Source: an uncultured Chloroflexia bacterium (GTDB lineage: Bacteria; Chloroflexota; Limnocylindria; Limnocylindrales; CSP1-4). From it: a stretch of 64,000 nucleotides of DNA. This document shows positions 48,224 to 58,644 of this stretch, one piece after another. Numbering within the stretch: the first letter of the stretch is position 1; each line of letters starts with the position of its first letter. The DNA is taken from assembly GCA_963764785.1 (NCBI GenBank), contig CAVXTU010000004.1, positions 340,566-404,565 of the forward strand. Direction: 5' to 3'. Under the pieces are notes generated by a model. That model saw only the letters and a program-made list of their open reading frames with translations. It was not told where the DNA came from and did not search any database. The translations under genes were made by a program, and so were the position numbers.

Positions 48224-48850
48224 CTACCTCGAGTAGTACTCGACCACGAGCTGCTCGTTGAGTTCGAGCGGCATCTGGTCGCGGGTCGGCAGGGCGGTCA
48301 CGGTGCCGACGAGTTTGTCGGTGTCCACGCTGACCCAGTCGGGCTTCTGGGCGCCGCCGATGGCGTCCTTCAGCTGCTTGAAATATTCGGTCTTGCGGCT
48401 GGTCTCGCGGACCTCGATCCGGTCACCGTCACGCACGTGGAACGACGGGATGTTGGTGCGTACGCCATTGACCACGAAGTGGCCGTGGCCGACCAGCTGT
48501 CGGGCCTGGGCGCGGCTGGACGAGAAGCCCATCCGGTAGACGACGTTGTCGAGACGGGTCTCGAGCAGGCGCAGCAGGTTCTCACCGGTCACGCCGGGAC
48601 GCGAGGCCGCGGTGTGGTAGTAGCGCTGGAAGGGACGCTCGTTGACCATGTAGACACGGCGGACCTTCTGCTTCTCACGCAGCTGGATGCCGTAGTTGGA
48701 CATCTTGCGGCGACGGATACCGTGCTGGCCGGGTGGCGTGCCGCGACGCTCGAAGGGGCACTTCTTGGTGTAGCACTTGGCGCCCTTGAGATAGAGCTTC
48801 ATGCCTTCGCGGCGGCACAGGCGGGAGACGGGTCCGGTGTATCGAGCCAT
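48224..48850 (-). CDS. rpsD: 30S ribosomal protein S4
   Basis: 208-aa ORF with MARYTGPVSRLCRREGMKLYLKG...YGIQLREKQK. Confidence 0.97.
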   Translation of the reverse strand: MARYTGPVSRLCRREGMKLYLKGAKCYTKKCPFERRGTPPGQHGIRRRKMSNYGIQLREKQKVRRVYMVNERPFQRYYHTAASRPGVTGENLLRLLETRLDNVVYRMGFSSSRAQARQLVGHGHFVVNGVRTNIPSFHVRDGDRIEVRETSRKTEYFKQLKDAIGGAQKPDWVSVDTDKLVGTVTALPTRDQMPLELNEQLVVEYYSR

Positions 48851-48859
48851 CGTCCGCTC

Positions 48860-49255
48860 CTAGACCCGGCGCCGCTTGGGGGCGCGGCAGCCATTGTGCG
48901 GAAGCGGGGTAACGTCGGTGATGGCACTGACCTCAAGGCCGGCCGCCTGCAGCGACCGGATGGCCTGCTCGCGGCCCGATCCCGGGCCTTTCACGAAGAC
49001 CTCGATCTGTCGCATGCCGTGTTCCATGGCGCGCTTGGCAGCGCCGTCGGCGGCGAGGGCGGCGGCATAGGGGGTGGACTTGCGAGAGCCCTTGAACCCG
49101 GCTGTACCGGCACTACCCCACGCAACGACGGCACCACCGAGATCCGTGATGGTCACGATGGTGTTGTTGAAGGACGCCTGGATATGAACGTGCCCCTGGG
49201 GCACGTTCTTCTTCTCCTTGCGCCTGGACTTCGTGGCGCGCTTTCGTTCCGCCAT
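48860..49255 (-). CDS. rpsK: 30S ribosomal protein S11
   Basis: 131-aa ORF with [17 protein letters not shown]...[13 protein letters not shown]. Confidence 0.97.
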   Translation of the reverse strand: MAERKRATKSRRKEKKNVPQGHVHIQASFNNTIVTITDLGGAVVAWGSAGTAGFKGSRKSTPYAAALAADGAAKRAMEHGMRQIEVFVKGPGSGREQAIRSLQAAGLEVSAITDVTPLPHNGCRAPKRRRV

Positions 49256-49329
49256 CGATCGAGTGTCTCTCCTGCATGGCGCCGCGCTGGACCCGGGTTA
49301 CGGGGGCCGGGCCGCGGCGGCGGTCCTGG

Positions 49330-49701
49330 TTACTTCTTGCGCCGGATCCCGACGGTCCGCTTTGGACCGCGTCGCTGGCGTGCGTTGGTCTTGGTACGCT
49401 GGCCGCGGACCGGCAGGTTGCGCCGGTGTCGCAGGCCGCGGTACGAGCCGATCTCGGTCAGTCGTTTGATGTTCATGGCCGTCTCACGTCGCAGGTCGCC
49501 CTCGACGGTGTAGCGGCGGTCGATGATCTCGCGCAGGCGATTGACCTGCTCGTCGGTGAGATCACGCACCCGGGTGTCCGGGTTGACGTTGGCCTGGGCC
49601 AGAACCTTCTGGCTGGTGGGCAGCCCGATCCCGTAGATGTAGGTCAGCGCGATCTCCACCCGTTTCTCACGAGGGATATCGATGCCGGCGATACGTGCCA
49701 C
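49330..49701 (-). CDS. rpsM: 30S ribosomal protein S13
   Basis: GTG start at 49701 with GGAGGAA upstream. [25 protein letters not shown]. Confidence 0.96.
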   Translation of the reverse strand: MARIAGIDIPREKRVEIALTYIYGIGLPTSQKVLAQANVNPDTRVRDLTDEQVNRLREIIDRRYTVEGDLRRETAMNIKRLTEIGSYRGLRHRRNLPVRGQRTKTNARQRRGPKRTVGIRRKK

Positions 49702-49709
49702 CGTTCCTC

Positions 49710-49823
49710 CTAGCCCTGACGCTGCTTGTGCTTTGGATTGCTGCAGATGATCATCACCCGGCCCTTGCGGCTGATCACCTTGCAACGCTCACAGCGCCGC
49801 TTCACTGATGCTGAGACCTTCAC
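49710..49823 (-). CDS. rpmJ: 50S ribosomal protein L36 (zinc-binding type)
   Basis: Not in the ORF track (too short). Hand translation of the minus strand from GTG at 49823 gives [37 protein letters not shown], with the stop at 49710-49712. Confidence 0.93.
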   Translation of the reverse strand: MKVSASVKRRCERCKVISRKGRVMIICSNPKHKQRQG

Positions 49824-49838
49824 GTCGTTACCTGGTTC

Positions 49839-50057
49839 CTACTTGAGTCGATATGTGATGCGGCCGCGCGACAAGTCGTACGGAGACAACTCGACACGGA
49901 CGCGGTCGCCGGGGAGGATGCGGATGAAGTTCATTCGCAGCTTGCCGCTGATGTGGGCGAGAACCTGATGCTTGTCCTCGAGCTCGATCCGAAACATGGT
50001 GTTCGGCAACGGCTCGATGACCGTCCCTTCGACCTCGATAGCATCTTTCTTAGCCAC
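49839..50057 (-). CDS. infA: translation initiation factor IF-1
   Basis: 72-aa [56 protein letters not shown]. Confidence 0.97.
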   Translation of the reverse strand: MAKKDAIEVEGTVIEPLPNTMFRIELEDKHQVLAHISGKLRMNFIRILPGDRVRVELSPYDLSRGRITYRLK

Positions 50058-50169
50058 AGGCGACCGCTGATCCCCGACTACGTGTTGGATGACATGTGCC
50101 GAGCGCCGGATCCGACACGGTCGGCTGGGCGCCAGCAGACGCCGGGGTCGTCCCGGCGCGCGAACGAGA

Positions 50170-50199
50170 ATTGTATCAGATGAGATCCGTTCCGGGCAA
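50170..50199 (-). promoter_or_regulatory. candidate internal promoter ahead of infA-rpmJ-rpsM-rpsK-rpsD-rpoA-rplQ
   Basis: On the minus strand: TTGCCC (50194-50199), an 18-nt spacer, then TACAAT (50170-50175). It sits in a locally A+T-richer patch of the 160-nt map-infA spacer. Confidence 0.4.
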
Positions 50200-50217
50200 G
50201 TGAGTAGCCGGCGCCGG

Positions 50218-51042
50218 TCATGCGCTCAGCCTGGTCGGTGCACTGAGCCCCTCGATGACCTCGCCGGCCGCGAGCGTGAGTACACGCGGGCCATCTGCGG
50301 TGACCGCGATGGTGTGCTCCCAGTGAGCAGCCAGGCTACCGTCGGCGGTGGCCACCGTCCAGCCGTCGGGCTTGACGCGGGTCTCATGGCCGCCGGTGGT
50401 GAACATGGGCTCGATGGCGATGCACAGCCCAGGCTCGATCTTGCGGCCCTTGCGGCCGGTGCGGTAGTTGGTGACCTGCGGCTCCTCATGCATCTCGTTG
50501 CCGATGCCATGACCCACATAGCCGCGCACGATGCCATAGCCATGCGCCAGGCCCACGTCCTCGATGGCACCAGCTAGGTCTTCGAGCGTGCGGCCCGGGA
50601 TGGCGGCAGCGATGCCAGCCAGCATGCCTTCGCGCGTGACCTCGCAGAGTCGGCGCATCTCCTCGCTGACATCGCCCATCAGCCAGGTGCGTGCGGAGTC
50701 GCCATTCCAACCCTCCACATCGGCCCCGCAGTCGACCGAGACCATCATCCCGTCGCGGATGACGCGGCCGTCGGGGATGCCATGCACGACCTCATCGTCG
50801 AGCGAGATACAGGTGGCATGCTCGAATGGTGCGAGATGACCGGGCACGCCGATGAAGTTGGGCGTGCCGCCGCCGTCCCGGATGACCTCGTCGGCGATGG
50901 CGTTGAGCTGCAGCGGCGTCATGCCGGGGCGGATGGCCTCCCCCACCGCATCTAGGGCAGCAGCGGTCAGGCGTCCAGCCACGGCCATCTTCTCGATCTG
51001 CGACCGGGACTTGAGCATGACGCGGCGGCGGTCGAAGAGCAC
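50218..51042 (-). CDS. map: type I methionine aminopeptidase
   Basis: 274-aa ORF with [15 protein letters not shown], metal ligands in [20 protein letters not shown] and EPM. An alternative start is at 51018. Confidence 0.94.
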   Translation of the reverse strand: MLFDRRRVMLKSRSQIEKMAVAGRLTAAALDAVGEAIRPGMTPLQLNAIADEVIRDGGGTPNFIGVPGHLAPFEHATCISLDDEVVHGIPDGRVIRDGMMVSVDCGADVEGWNGDSARTWLMGDVSEEMRRLCEVTREGMLAGIAAAIPGRTLEDLAGAIEDVGLAHGYGIVRGYVGHGIGNEMHEEPQVTNYRTGRKGRKIEPGLCIAIEPMFTTGGHETRVKPDGWTVATADGSLAAHWEHTIAVTADGPRVLTLAAGEVIEGLSAPTRLSA

Positions 51043-51752
51043 TACGCGGTCCTGGTGACCCCGAGGGCACGGAGGAGATCGGCGGTCACCTCGTCGGCAG
51101 GCTTGTCACCCCGGACCGAGAACAGCACCTGATGGTCAGCGTAGTGGTCGATGACCTCGTACATCGGTGGCAGCTGCCGGTCCAGGCGCTTCTTGACGGT
51201 CTCGGGACTGTCGTCGTCGCGCTGATACAACTCGGCCCCATCGATGTCGCAGATGCCTTCGCGCTTGGGCGGCATGGCCACGACGTGGTACACGTGCTGG
51301 TCGTCCTTGGTGCAGATACGACGGCCCGTCAGGCGCTCCAGTAGCAGGTCGGGATTGACCTCCACGTAGAGCGCCGCGATATCGGCGCTGTCATAGCGTT
51401 CCAGCATCCGGTCCAGGGCCATGGCCTGGGCGCAGGTGCGCGGGAATCCGTCGAGGATGACGCCGCGGTCCGCGTCGTGATCGGCGAGACGATGCTCCAC
51501 CACCTCCACGACCACGTTGTCCGGTACCAGCGCCCCGGCCTCGACATTGGCGCGAACCTTCTTGCCCAGCGGGGAATCACTGGCGAGGGCCTCGCGAAAC
51601 AGCTGTCCGGTCGAGATGTGCGGCAGATCCAGCTCGACTGCCAGGCGCTCCGCCTGCGTGCCCTTTCCGGCCCCGGGGGCACCGATCATGACGATGATGC
51701 GGCGGTGCCCGCCTGGGCGAGCCGCCGGGCGTACGGCACCGTCGGATGTCAC
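51042..51752 (-). CDS. adk: adenylate kinase (zinc-less lid)
   Basis: 236-aa ORF with IIVMIGAPGAGKGTQAERLA and ILDGFPRT. Confidence 0.94.
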   Translation of the reverse strand: MTSDGAVRPAARPGGHRRIIVMIGAPGAGKGTQAERLAVELDLPHISTGQLFREALASDSPLGKKVRANVEAGALVPDNVVVEVVEHRLADHDADRGVILDGFPRTCAQAMALDRMLERYDSADIAALYVEVNPDLLLERLTGRRICTKDDQHVYHVVAMPPKREGICDIDGAELYQRDDDSPETVKKRLDRQLPPMYEVIDHYADHQVLFSVRGDKPADEVTADLLRALGVTRTA

Positions 51753-53037
51753 CGGATGAAGCCCTCGTAGTTGCGCATCATCAGTTGTGCCTCGAGCTGC
51801 TTCATGGTCTCGACGACGACGGAGACGACGATCAGCAACGCGGTGCCGCCGAGGCCGAACGAGCCGACGACGCTGCCCGCGAAGAACGCGCCGACGATGA
51901 TGGGGCTGACCGCGACGGTGCCCAGGAAGATGGCGCCGGCGAGACTGATGCGGTAGACGACCTTGGCAAGGTAGTCACGGGTCGGCGCGCCCGGCCTGAT
52001 GCCCGGGATGAAGCCGCCGTTCTTGCGGAGCTGGTCTGCCGTCTCGTCAGGTTTGAACGTGAACGCCGTGTAGAAGTAGGTGAATCCGACCACCAGCAGG
52101 AAGAAGATGATGGCGTAGAGCGGACTGCCCTGGCTAGAGCCAGTCGATGACCACGTTGGACATGTCCTGGATGATCCCGCCAGAGGCACAGAAGTAGGTC
52201 GCCATCTGGACCGGGAACAGCAGGATGCTGACCGCGAAGATGATCGGGATCACGCCGGCCTGGTTGACGCGCAGCGGCAGGAACGTGGCGCCGCCCTGGT
52301 ACATGCGCCGGCCACGAACGCGGCTGGCGTACTGGATGGGGATGCGGCGCTGGCCCTCCTGGATGTACACGATGATGGCCACCGCCGCGATGGCCAGCAG
52401 GCCGAAGGCGATGCCGGCCGCCAGGTCCGGCGAAGTCAGGAACGTGTTCACGGCACCGGGCAATCCAGCCACGATACCCGCGAAGATGATGAAGCTGATG
52501 CCATTGCCGATGCCGCGTTCGGTGATGAGCTCACCGATCCACATCACCAGGATGGTGCCGGCAGTCAGGGTGATGATCTGGGTCAGCGTGGTAAAGCTGG
52601 TCAGGTCGAAGTCGTTGACCACGTTGTACTGACGCGATGACAGCAGCGCCAGGTAGCCGTACGACTGCAGGATGGCCAGCGGTACCGTGAGGTAGCGCGT
52701 GTACGAGTTGATCTTGTTGCGGCCGTACTCGCCCTCGCGGGAGAGCTGCTGCAGACGCGGCACTACGCCGGTCATGAGCTGCATGATGATCGACGCGTTG
52801 ATATACGGGTTCACACCCAGCGCGATGATCGAGAAGTTCTGCAAGGCCGCCGCCGGAAAAGAGGTTCAGCAGCTGCAGGAAGCTGTTCTGGCCGATGACG
52901 CTCTCGAGCGCATCACGGTCGATGCCGGGCACCGGGACGTGTGCCAGCATCCGGACGATGACGAGCATCCCCAGGATGAAGAGGATGCGCTTGCGGATGT
53001 CCGGCGCGCGGAAGGCATTGACCAGGGCCTCGAACAC
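51749..53037 (-). CDS. secY: preprotein translocase subunit SecY, frame broken twice
   Basis: N-terminus MFEALVNAFRAPDIRKRILFILG...LNLFSGGG is in ORF 52531..53037. The middle QNFSIIALGVNPYINASIIMQL...IIQDMSNVVIDWL is in ORF 52134..52844. The C-terminus SQGSPLYAIIFFLLVVGFTYFYT...EGFIR is in ORF 51749..52189. Shifts lie near 52843-52853 and 52132-52140. Confidence 0.93.
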
Positions 53038-53040
53038 GGC

Positions 53041-53697
53041 TTACTCGGGCGCCTTGTCTTCGTCTGCGGACTCGGCCGCGTCGTCCTCCGCCCCGGTGTC
53101 ATCAGCTTCGGCCTGAGGCGGCTCGTCGGCGGTCTCCGCGGACTCGTCGGCAGGTGATCCTCCACGACCGCGCCAGCTTCGACCTTGGCCTCGGCAGCTT
53201 CGAGCTCCTCGTCGGGCTCGGGCGCAAGCACCTGCACGAAGCCGCCGGCGGCCTCGATCTTGGAGCGGGCGGAGGCGGTGAACTTGTCCGCGGCCACGAA
53301 GACCTTGACCTCGAGGTCGCCGTCACCGAGCACCTTGACGGGTCGGTCAGCATGGCGATCAGCCCAGCGCCGCGAGGACCTCGGCATTGACGGTCAGTGG
53401 CTGGGAGCCGGCGTCTGCGCCGAAGCGGCCAGCCGCGGCGTATTCGGCGATACGGCCGATGTTGACCACCTGGTACTCGATGCGATCGCGACGCTTGAAT
53501 CCGCGCAGCTTGGGGACGCGAACATGGATAGGCGTCTGGCCACCTTCGAACCAGCCGGGGATGCTGGCACCCGAGCGGGACTTCTGCCCCTTGGTGCCGC
53601 GCCCGGCGGTCTTGCCCTTGCCGGCCGCGATGCCACGGCCGACGCGGATACGCCGCTTGGTCGAGCCGGGCGCGGGCTTGAGATCGTGGAGCTTCAC
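53041..53697 (-). CDS. rplO: 50S ribosomal protein L15 with probable acidic C-terminal tail, frame broken two or three times
   Basis: GTG start at 53697 (GTGA overlap with rpmD stop). [40 protein letters not shown]. The junction ...EVLAALG / LIAMLTD / [12 protein letters not shown] needs two single-base corrections near 53362-53366 and 53340-53345. The tail reading [35 protein letters not shown] stops at TAA 53041-53043, just before the secY start, and needs a further shift near 53146-53152. Confidence 0.8.
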
Positions 53698-53933
53698 GCC
53701 TCGGCCTCTTCCTTCTTCTTGGTTGCGGCCTTCTTCCGGGCCGGTGTCGCGGTGACCTCTTCCCACTCGATGAGGTAGCGGACGGCACGGATCTGACCGC
53801 GGACCGCGGGATCATCGGGCAGCTCGACCGTCTGGCCGATATGCCGGAGACCCAGCGCGCGGACGGTTCCGCGGGCACTGGGATTGGTACCCACGAGGGA
53901 CTTGCGCAGGGTTACGCGGAGCTTACCGGCCAT
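53694..53933 (-). CDS. rpmD: 50S ribosomal protein L30
   Basis: 79-aa [40 protein letters not shown], with a Lys/Glu-rich tail. Confidence 0.95.
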   Translation of the reverse strand: MAGKLRVTLRKSLVGTNPSARGTVRALGLRHIGQTVELPDDPAVRGQIRAVRYLIEWEEVTATPARKKAATKKKEEAEA

Positions 53934-54483
53934 CGACGACCTCGCCGCTCAGCACGGCCTCGTCTGAGCCAGGGGTGGGCTGGCCGGGGATGATGCTTCG
54001 GAGCTTCTTGCCGCGCCACTCGGAGAGCTCGGCGGCAGATCGCATGTTGCGCAGCCCCTCGAGCGTGGCTCGCGTGACGTTGACCGGATTGTTGGAGCCG
54101 AGCGACTTGGACAGGATGTCGTGGATGCCGGCGGCCTCGACCACTGCGCGCACGGAGGCACCGGCGACGACGCCGGTACCCCGAGAGGCGGGCTTGAGGA
54201 GGACGGTGCTGGCACCAAACTGCTGGCGCACCTCGTGGGGCACAGTGGTCCCGACCATGGGAACCTTGATGAGGTTCTTCTTGGCGTCTTCGACGCCCTT
54301 GCGGATGGACTCCGGCACCTCGCCGGCCTTGCCCAGGCCGACACCGACGTGTCCGTCGCCATCACCGACGACGACGACCGCGCTGAAGCTGAAGCGTCGA
54401 CCACCCTTGACCACCTTGGCCACGCGGTTGATCTGGACGACGCGCTCCTCGAGGTTGAGCTTGTTGGGATCGATCCGAGCCAT
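53923..54483 (-). CDS. rpsE: 30S ribosomal protein S5
   Basis: 186-aa ORF with [40 protein letters not shown]. Confidence 0.97.
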   Translation of the reverse strand: MARIDPNKLNLEERVVQINRVAKVVKGGRRFSFSAVVVVGDGDGHVGVGLGKAGEVPESIRKGVEDAKKNLIKVPMVGTTVPHEVRQQFGASTVLLKPASRGTGVVAGASVRAVVEAAGIHDILSKSLGSNNPVNVTRATLEGLRNMRSAAELSEWRGKKLRSIIPGQPTPGSDEAVLSGEVVDGR

Positions 54484-54494
54484 GGGCGTTCCTC

Positions 54495-54857
54495 CTAGAA
54501 CTCCAGGCCGGACTCGCGCGCGCCGTCAGCGAGCGATCGGATCCGTCCGTGGTATTTGAAGCCAGCGCGGTCGAAGACGACCCGCTCGACACCGGCCTCC
54601 CTGGCACGCTTGCCGATGAGTGAGCCGACTTGCCTGGCGCGTTCGGTCTTGCTGCCGCCGGCGCCACGTAGCGAGGCCTCCAGCGATGAGGCGCTGACGA
54701 TGGTGGTGCCGCTGGCGTCGTCGATGAGCTGGGCGTAGATCTGGTTGATGCTCCGAAAGACCGCCAGGCGCGGTCGCTCAGCAGACCCCGCCATGCGAAG
54801 GCGGAGCCGCGAGTGACGCTTCTGACGTGCGGCGGAGCGGCTTGTTGCCGTTGGCAT
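54495..54857 (-). CDS. rplR: 50S ribosomal protein L18
   Basis: 120-aa ORF with [18 protein letters not shown]...[23 protein letters not shown]. Confidence 0.97.
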   Translation of the reverse strand: MPTATSRSAARQKRHSRLRLRMAGSAERPRLAVFRSINQIYAQLIDDASGTTIVSASSLEASLRGAGGSKTERARQVGSLIGKRAREAGVERVVFDRAGFKYHGRIRSLADGARESGLEF

Positions 54858-54944
54858 CGCGGTCGTCGGTCTCCTGCTAGCGGCCGGGGCGCCCGATGGG
54901 CGCCGCGACCAGGTTGGGTTTCGTCATGGTCAGCTTGGGATCAC

Positions 54945-55493
54945 CTACGCGGCGCCGATCTTGCCAGCCTTGCCAGCCTTGCGACGCACGACCTCACCAG
55001 CGTAGCGAACGCCCTTGCCCTTGTAGGGCTCCGGCTTGCGCTTGGAGCGGACCTGTGCCGCGACCTGCCCGACCAGCTCCTTGTCGATGCCGCTCACGGC
55101 GACCTTGGTAGGCGTCTCCACGGCGAAGGCGATGCCCTCGGGCGGGTCGATCTCGATGGGGTGGCTGTAGCCCAAGTTGAGTTGCAGCTTCCTGCCCACC
55201 AGCTGGGCTCGATAGCCCACACCCTGGATCTCGAGATTGCGGGTGTAGCCCTCGGTCACACCCACGACCATGTTGTTGATGAGCGTCCGGGTCAGCCCGT
55301 GGAGCTCCCGCGAGCGCTTCTCCTCATTGGGCCGCTCGACCCGCAGCTGGCCGTCTTCGGTCACCACCGACAGCACCGGCGTGAGCTCTCGCTCGAGCGA
55401 GCCCATGGGTCCCTTGACCTTGATATGTGTACCCTGGACGTCGATGTCGACGCCGGAGGGGATGGGGATGGGTGACTTGCCGACTCGTGACAT
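54945..55493 (-). CDS. rplF: 50S ribosomal protein L6
   Basis: 182-aa ORF with [21 protein letters not shown]...[10 protein letters not shown]. Confidence 0.97.
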   Translation of the reverse strand: MSRVGKSPIPIPSGVDIDVQGTHIKVKGPMGSLERELTPVLSVVTEDGQLRVERPNEEKRSRELHGLTRTLINNMVVGVTEGYTRNLEIQGVGYRAQLVGRKLQLNLGYSHPIEIDPPEGIAFAVETPTKVAVSGIDKELVGQVAAQVRSKRKPEPYKGKGVRYAGEVVRRKAGKAGKIGAA

Positions 55494-55502
55494 CAGTGCT
55501 GC

Positions 55503-55898
55503 CTACCAGACGTAGGCCAGGACTTCGCCGCCGAGCTGGCTCCTGCGAGCCTTCTGGCCGGTCATGATGCCCTGACTGGTGCTGACGATGACAACGCCAA
55601 GTCCGCCCAACACACGCGGGATCTCGGTCTTGGATGCGTAGACCCGAAGGCCAGGCTTGCTGATGCGCTTCAGCCCGCTGACCACCGGTACCTTGCCGAC
55701 GTACTTGAGCTTGATGGTGATGTCCTTGCGGGGTCCTGCCTGAGCCTCGGAGAAGTCCTCGATGAAGCCTTCCTCCTTGAGGATCTCAGCGATGGCCAGC
55801 TTCGTGCGCGACCCGGGGATGGAGACCTCGGTGTGGTGGGCGCGGCTGGCGTTGCGGATGCGCGTGAGCATGTCCGCGATGGGATCGGTGACGTTCAT
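55503..55898 (-). CDS. rpsH: 30S ribosomal protein S8
   Basis: Inner start [17 protein letters not shown] at 55898. The C-terminus is GGEVLAYVW. Confidence 0.96.
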   Translation of the reverse strand: MNVTDPIADMLTRIRNASRAHHTEVSIPGSRTKLAIAEILKEEGFIEDFSEAQAGPRKDITIKLKYVGKVPVVSGLKRISKPGLRVYASKTEIPRVLGGLGVVIVSTSQGIMTGQKARRSQLGGEVLAYVW

Positions 55899-55902
55899 GG
55901 GC

Positions 55903-56088
55903 CTACCAGCTGGACTTGGTGACACCCGGCAGCTCACCCAGCAGGGCACGCTCCCGGAAGCAGATGCGGCAGAGACCGAAACGGCGCATGTAGGCGCGCG
56001 ACCGGCCACAGACGAAACAGCGATGGTAGGAGCGCACCGGGAAGCGCTGCTCGCGCTTCGCCTTGGCGATCATGGACTTCTTGGCCAT
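55903..56088 (-). CDS. rpsN: 30S ribosomal protein S14 type Z (zinc-binding, 61 aa)
   Basis: [46 protein letters not shown], with CxxC...CxxC. Confidence 0.97.
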   Translation of the reverse strand: MAKKSMIAKAKREQRFPVRSYHRCFVCGRSRAYMRRFGLCRICFRERALLGELPGVTKSSW

Positions 56089-56100
56089 TTGGTCGCTCCT

Positions 56101-56649
56101 CTAGTTGGCGTAGGGCATGCCGAGGTTAGCGAGGAGGCGCTGAGCCTCCTCGTCCGTCCTGGCAGTGGTGACGATGGTCAGCTCAAGGCCACGCAGGTGA
56201 TCGATATCGTCATAGTCGATCTCCGGGAACGCCAGCTGCTCGCGCAGACCCAGTGAATAGTTGCCCCGGCCATCGAATGACTTGGTGGGCACGCCGCGGA
56301 AGTCGCGGATGCGGGGCAGTGCGATGCGTGTGAGCCGCTCCAGGAAGTCCCACATGCGCTGGCCACGCAGGGTGACCTTGGCGCCGATGGTGTTGCCTTC
56401 CCGGATCTTGAATTGGGCGATCGAACGCCGGGCCTTGGTGACGACCGGCTTCTGGCCGGTCAGCTTGGTCATGTCGCCGACCGCGGCCTCGACGGCCTTG
56501 GAGTTGGTGAGAGCCTCGCCCAGACCGATATTGACCACGATCTTGGTGAGGCGAGGCACCTCCATGGGGTTCTGGTAATCGAACTCCTTGATGAGGGCCG
56601 GCACCACCTCTTCGTGGTAACGCTGGCGCAGGCCGCTTACTTCGCTCAC
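56101..56649 (-). CDS. rplE: 50S ribosomal protein L5
   Basis: GTG start at 56649 (GTGA overlap with rplX stop). [39 protein letters not shown]. Confidence 0.95.
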   Translation of the reverse strand: MSEVSGLRQRYHEEVVPALIKEFDYQNPMEVPRLTKIVVNIGLGEALTNSKAVEAAVGDMTKLTGQKPVVTKARRSIAQFKIREGNTIGAKVTLRGQRMWDFLERLTRIALPRIRDFRGVPTKSFDGRGNYSLGLREQLAFPEIDYDDIDHLRGLELTIVTTARTDEEAQRLLANLGMPYAN

Positions 56650-57110
56650 TTGTTTGACTCCGCTCGGGTCACGGACTCGCCGCAGTGGGCACACGTCCGC
56701 ACGCTACGACCATCGGCCGAGCGTTCATGGCGCAGCCGCGTGGGCCGCGAGCAGCGTGGACATACGAGCATGACGTTGCTGACGGCGATGGGCTGTGGGA
56801 TATCCAGGATGCCGCCTTGCTGGATGCGTGGCTGACGCTCCGTCCGCCCGGCTACCTGGCGCGGCTTGGTGTGCCGCTTGGCGATGTTGAGGCCCTCGAT
56901 GACAACGGCGGCGCCAGACAGCGGCGCACGGTCCTGCCAGCCGGCGCCGAAGCGCGCCGTGGAGCGGGACCAGCTCTGCTGGTGGCGGAGCACCCGCTGG
57001 ATGACACCTCGCTTGCCGGCGTCCTTGCCCTTGAGCACGACCACCTCATCACCCGAACGCAGGTCCGGGACGCGGGTGTGGCGGCGAGGCTTGGCGGTAG
57101 GGGCCATCAC
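56646..57110 (-). CDS. rplX: 50S ribosomal protein L24, long form with internal insertion and Cys4 cluster
   Basis: 154-aa ORF with KOW region [18 protein letters not shown], core [15 protein letters not shown] and [18 protein letters not shown], then [32 protein letters not shown] overlap with rplN. Confidence 0.92.
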   Translation of the reverse strand: MMAPTAKPRRHTRVPDLRSGDEVVVLKGKDAGKRGVIQRVLRHQQSWSRSTARFGAGWQDRAPLSGAAVVIEGLNIAKRHTKPRQVAGRTERQPRIQQGGILDIPQPIAVSNVMLVCPRCSRPTRLRHERSADGRSVRTCAHCGESVTRAESNK

Positions 57111-57475
57111 AGCACCTCCGGGGCGAGCGAGATGATCTTCATGTAGTTGCGATCGCGCAGCTCACGCGCCACCGGGCCGAAGATGCGAGTGCCGCGGGGG
57201 TTGCCCTGATTGTTGATGAGCACGGCGGCGTTCTCGTCGAAGCGGATGTAGCTGCCGTCAGGGCGCCCGTATTCCTTGGCCGTGCGAACGATGACAGCCT
57301 GGACGACATCGCCCTTCTTGACCGCGGCGTTGGGGATGGCCTGCTTGACGGACGCGACGATGACATCACCGACGCCCGCCGTGGGCTTCTGCGACCGACC
57401 CAGGACACGGATGCACTCGACCACGCGCGCGCCGGTGTTGTCGGCTACGCGCAGGCGGCTGGAGGGCTGGATCAT
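57107..57475 (-). CDS. rplN: 50S ribosomal protein L14
   Basis: 122-aa [29 protein letters not shown]. Confidence 0.98.
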   Translation of the reverse strand: MIQPSSRLRVADNTGARVVECIRVLGRSQKPTAGVGDVIVASVKQAIPNAAVKKGDVVQAVIVRTAKEYGRPDGSYIRFDENAAVLINNQGNPRGTRIFGPVARELRDRNYMKIISLAPEVL

Positions 57476-57990
57476 GCCGAGGCCTCCTCGCTGTCGGGCG
57501 CGGGGGCATCAGCGGTGGCGGCGGATTCGGCATCCGCGCCCGCATCGGCATCCGCGTCCACGCCGGACTCGGCCGTAGCGGCTGCCTCGCCTTCGCTGGC
57601 GACTGCCTCGGCTTCGCTGGCGGCCGCGTCCGCGACTGCTTCCCGGCCCGGGTGCGCCATCATGTGGATGGCCTCGGCCGTCTCCGGCTCTTCGGACACG
57701 ACGGTCTCACCGGCCCCGATGCCAGCCTTGGTCACGACCTCTGCGAGGCGCCAACGCTTGGTCGCAGAAAGAGGACGAGACTCCTCGATGCGAACGGTGT
57801 CGCCGACGTGGGCCTCATTGTGCTCGTCATGCGCCTTGAACTTGGTGGTCAGGCGGATGACACGCTTGTAGATCCGGTGGCGGGCAAGACGCTCGACGGA
57901 GACGACGATGGTCTTGTCCATCTTGTCGGAAACGACTCGGCCGACCTTGGCCTTGCGCTTTCCGCGCACGGGTGCAGTGGCGGCGCTCAT
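57472..57990 (-). CDS. rpsQ: 30S ribosomal protein S17 with about 85-aa Ala/Glu/Asp-rich C-terminal extension
   Basis: The core [40 protein letters not shown]...KRWRLAEVV is followed by ...[40 protein letters not shown].... ATGA overlap with rplN. Confidence 0.93.
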   Translation of the reverse strand: MSAATAPVRGKRKAKVGRVVSDKMDKTIVVSVERLARHRIYKRVIRLTTKFKAHDEHNEAHVGDTVRIEESRPLSATKRWRLAEVVTKAGIGAGETVVSEEPETAEAIHMMAHPGREAVADAAASEAEAVASEGEAAATAESGVDADADAGADAESAATADAPAPDSEEASA

Positions 57991-58230
57991 CTATTCTCCT
58001 CCAGCGGCCGCGGCCGAACCATCCTGCCCTGACTGTGCATCGAGCTGACGCTCGGTGCGCACGGTCAGCAGGCGGGCGATGTCCTTGCGCGTCCGCGAGA
58101 TCTGGTTGTAGTCGGTGAGCTGGCGGGTGGCCAGCTGGAAACGCAGGTCGTAGAGGTGGCGCCGGGCAGACGTCAGCTCGTCGGCCAGCTCCTGCTCGGA
58201 GAGGCCGCGGGCCTTAGCGATCTCCATCAT
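57991..58230 (-). CDS. rpmC: 50S ribosomal protein L29
   Basis: Inner start [38 protein letters not shown] at 58230. Confidence 0.93.
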   Translation of the reverse strand: MMEIAKARGLSEQELADELTSARRHLYDLRFQLATRQLTDYNQISRTRKDIARLLTVRTERQLDAQSGQDGSAAAAGGE

Positions 58231-58642
58231 GGACCCCCTCTCTGACGAGGAACTTGACGCTGGTGGGCAGCTTGTGACTGGCCAGGCGCATGGCCTCCAC
58301 GGCATCCTCATGCGGAACGCCGGCCATCTCGAAGAGGATGCGGCCGGGCTTGACCACGGCGACCCAATGGTCTGCCGCGCCCTTGCCCTTGCCCATCCGG
58401 ACTTCGGCCGGCTTCTTGGTGACGGGCTTGTCGGGAAAGATGCGGATCCAGATCTTGCCGCCACGACGGACGTAGCGGGTCATGGCACGTCGAGCGGCTT
58501 CGATCTGGCGGCTGGTGATGTAGCCAGGCTCCTCGGTCATCAGCGCGTAGTCACCGAAGGCGATATGCGAACCACCCTTGGCGATGCCGCTCATGCGGCC
58601 ACGCTGCTGCTTGCGGTGCTTGACGCGACGGGGCATCAACAT
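58214..58642 (-). CDS. rplP: 50S ribosomal protein L16
   Basis: Inner start [24 protein letters not shown] at 58642. Confidence 0.96.
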   Translation of the reverse strand: MLMPRRVKHRKQQRGRMSGIAKGGSHIAFGDYALMTEEPGYITSRQIEAARRAMTRYVRRGGKIWIRIFPDKPVTKKPAEVRMGKGKGAADHWVAVVKPGRILFEMAGVPHEDAVEAMRLASHKLPTSVKFLVREGVHDGDR

Positions 58643-58644
58643 GG

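Noticed and set aside
48224-48850. S4 N-terminal zinc finger partly lost (SRLCRR...KCYTKKC has three rather than four cysteines).
   Set aside because: Loss of one or more Cys ligands in S4 is common among bacteria, as far as I recall. It is a single-residue observation in a sequence with known base-level errors.
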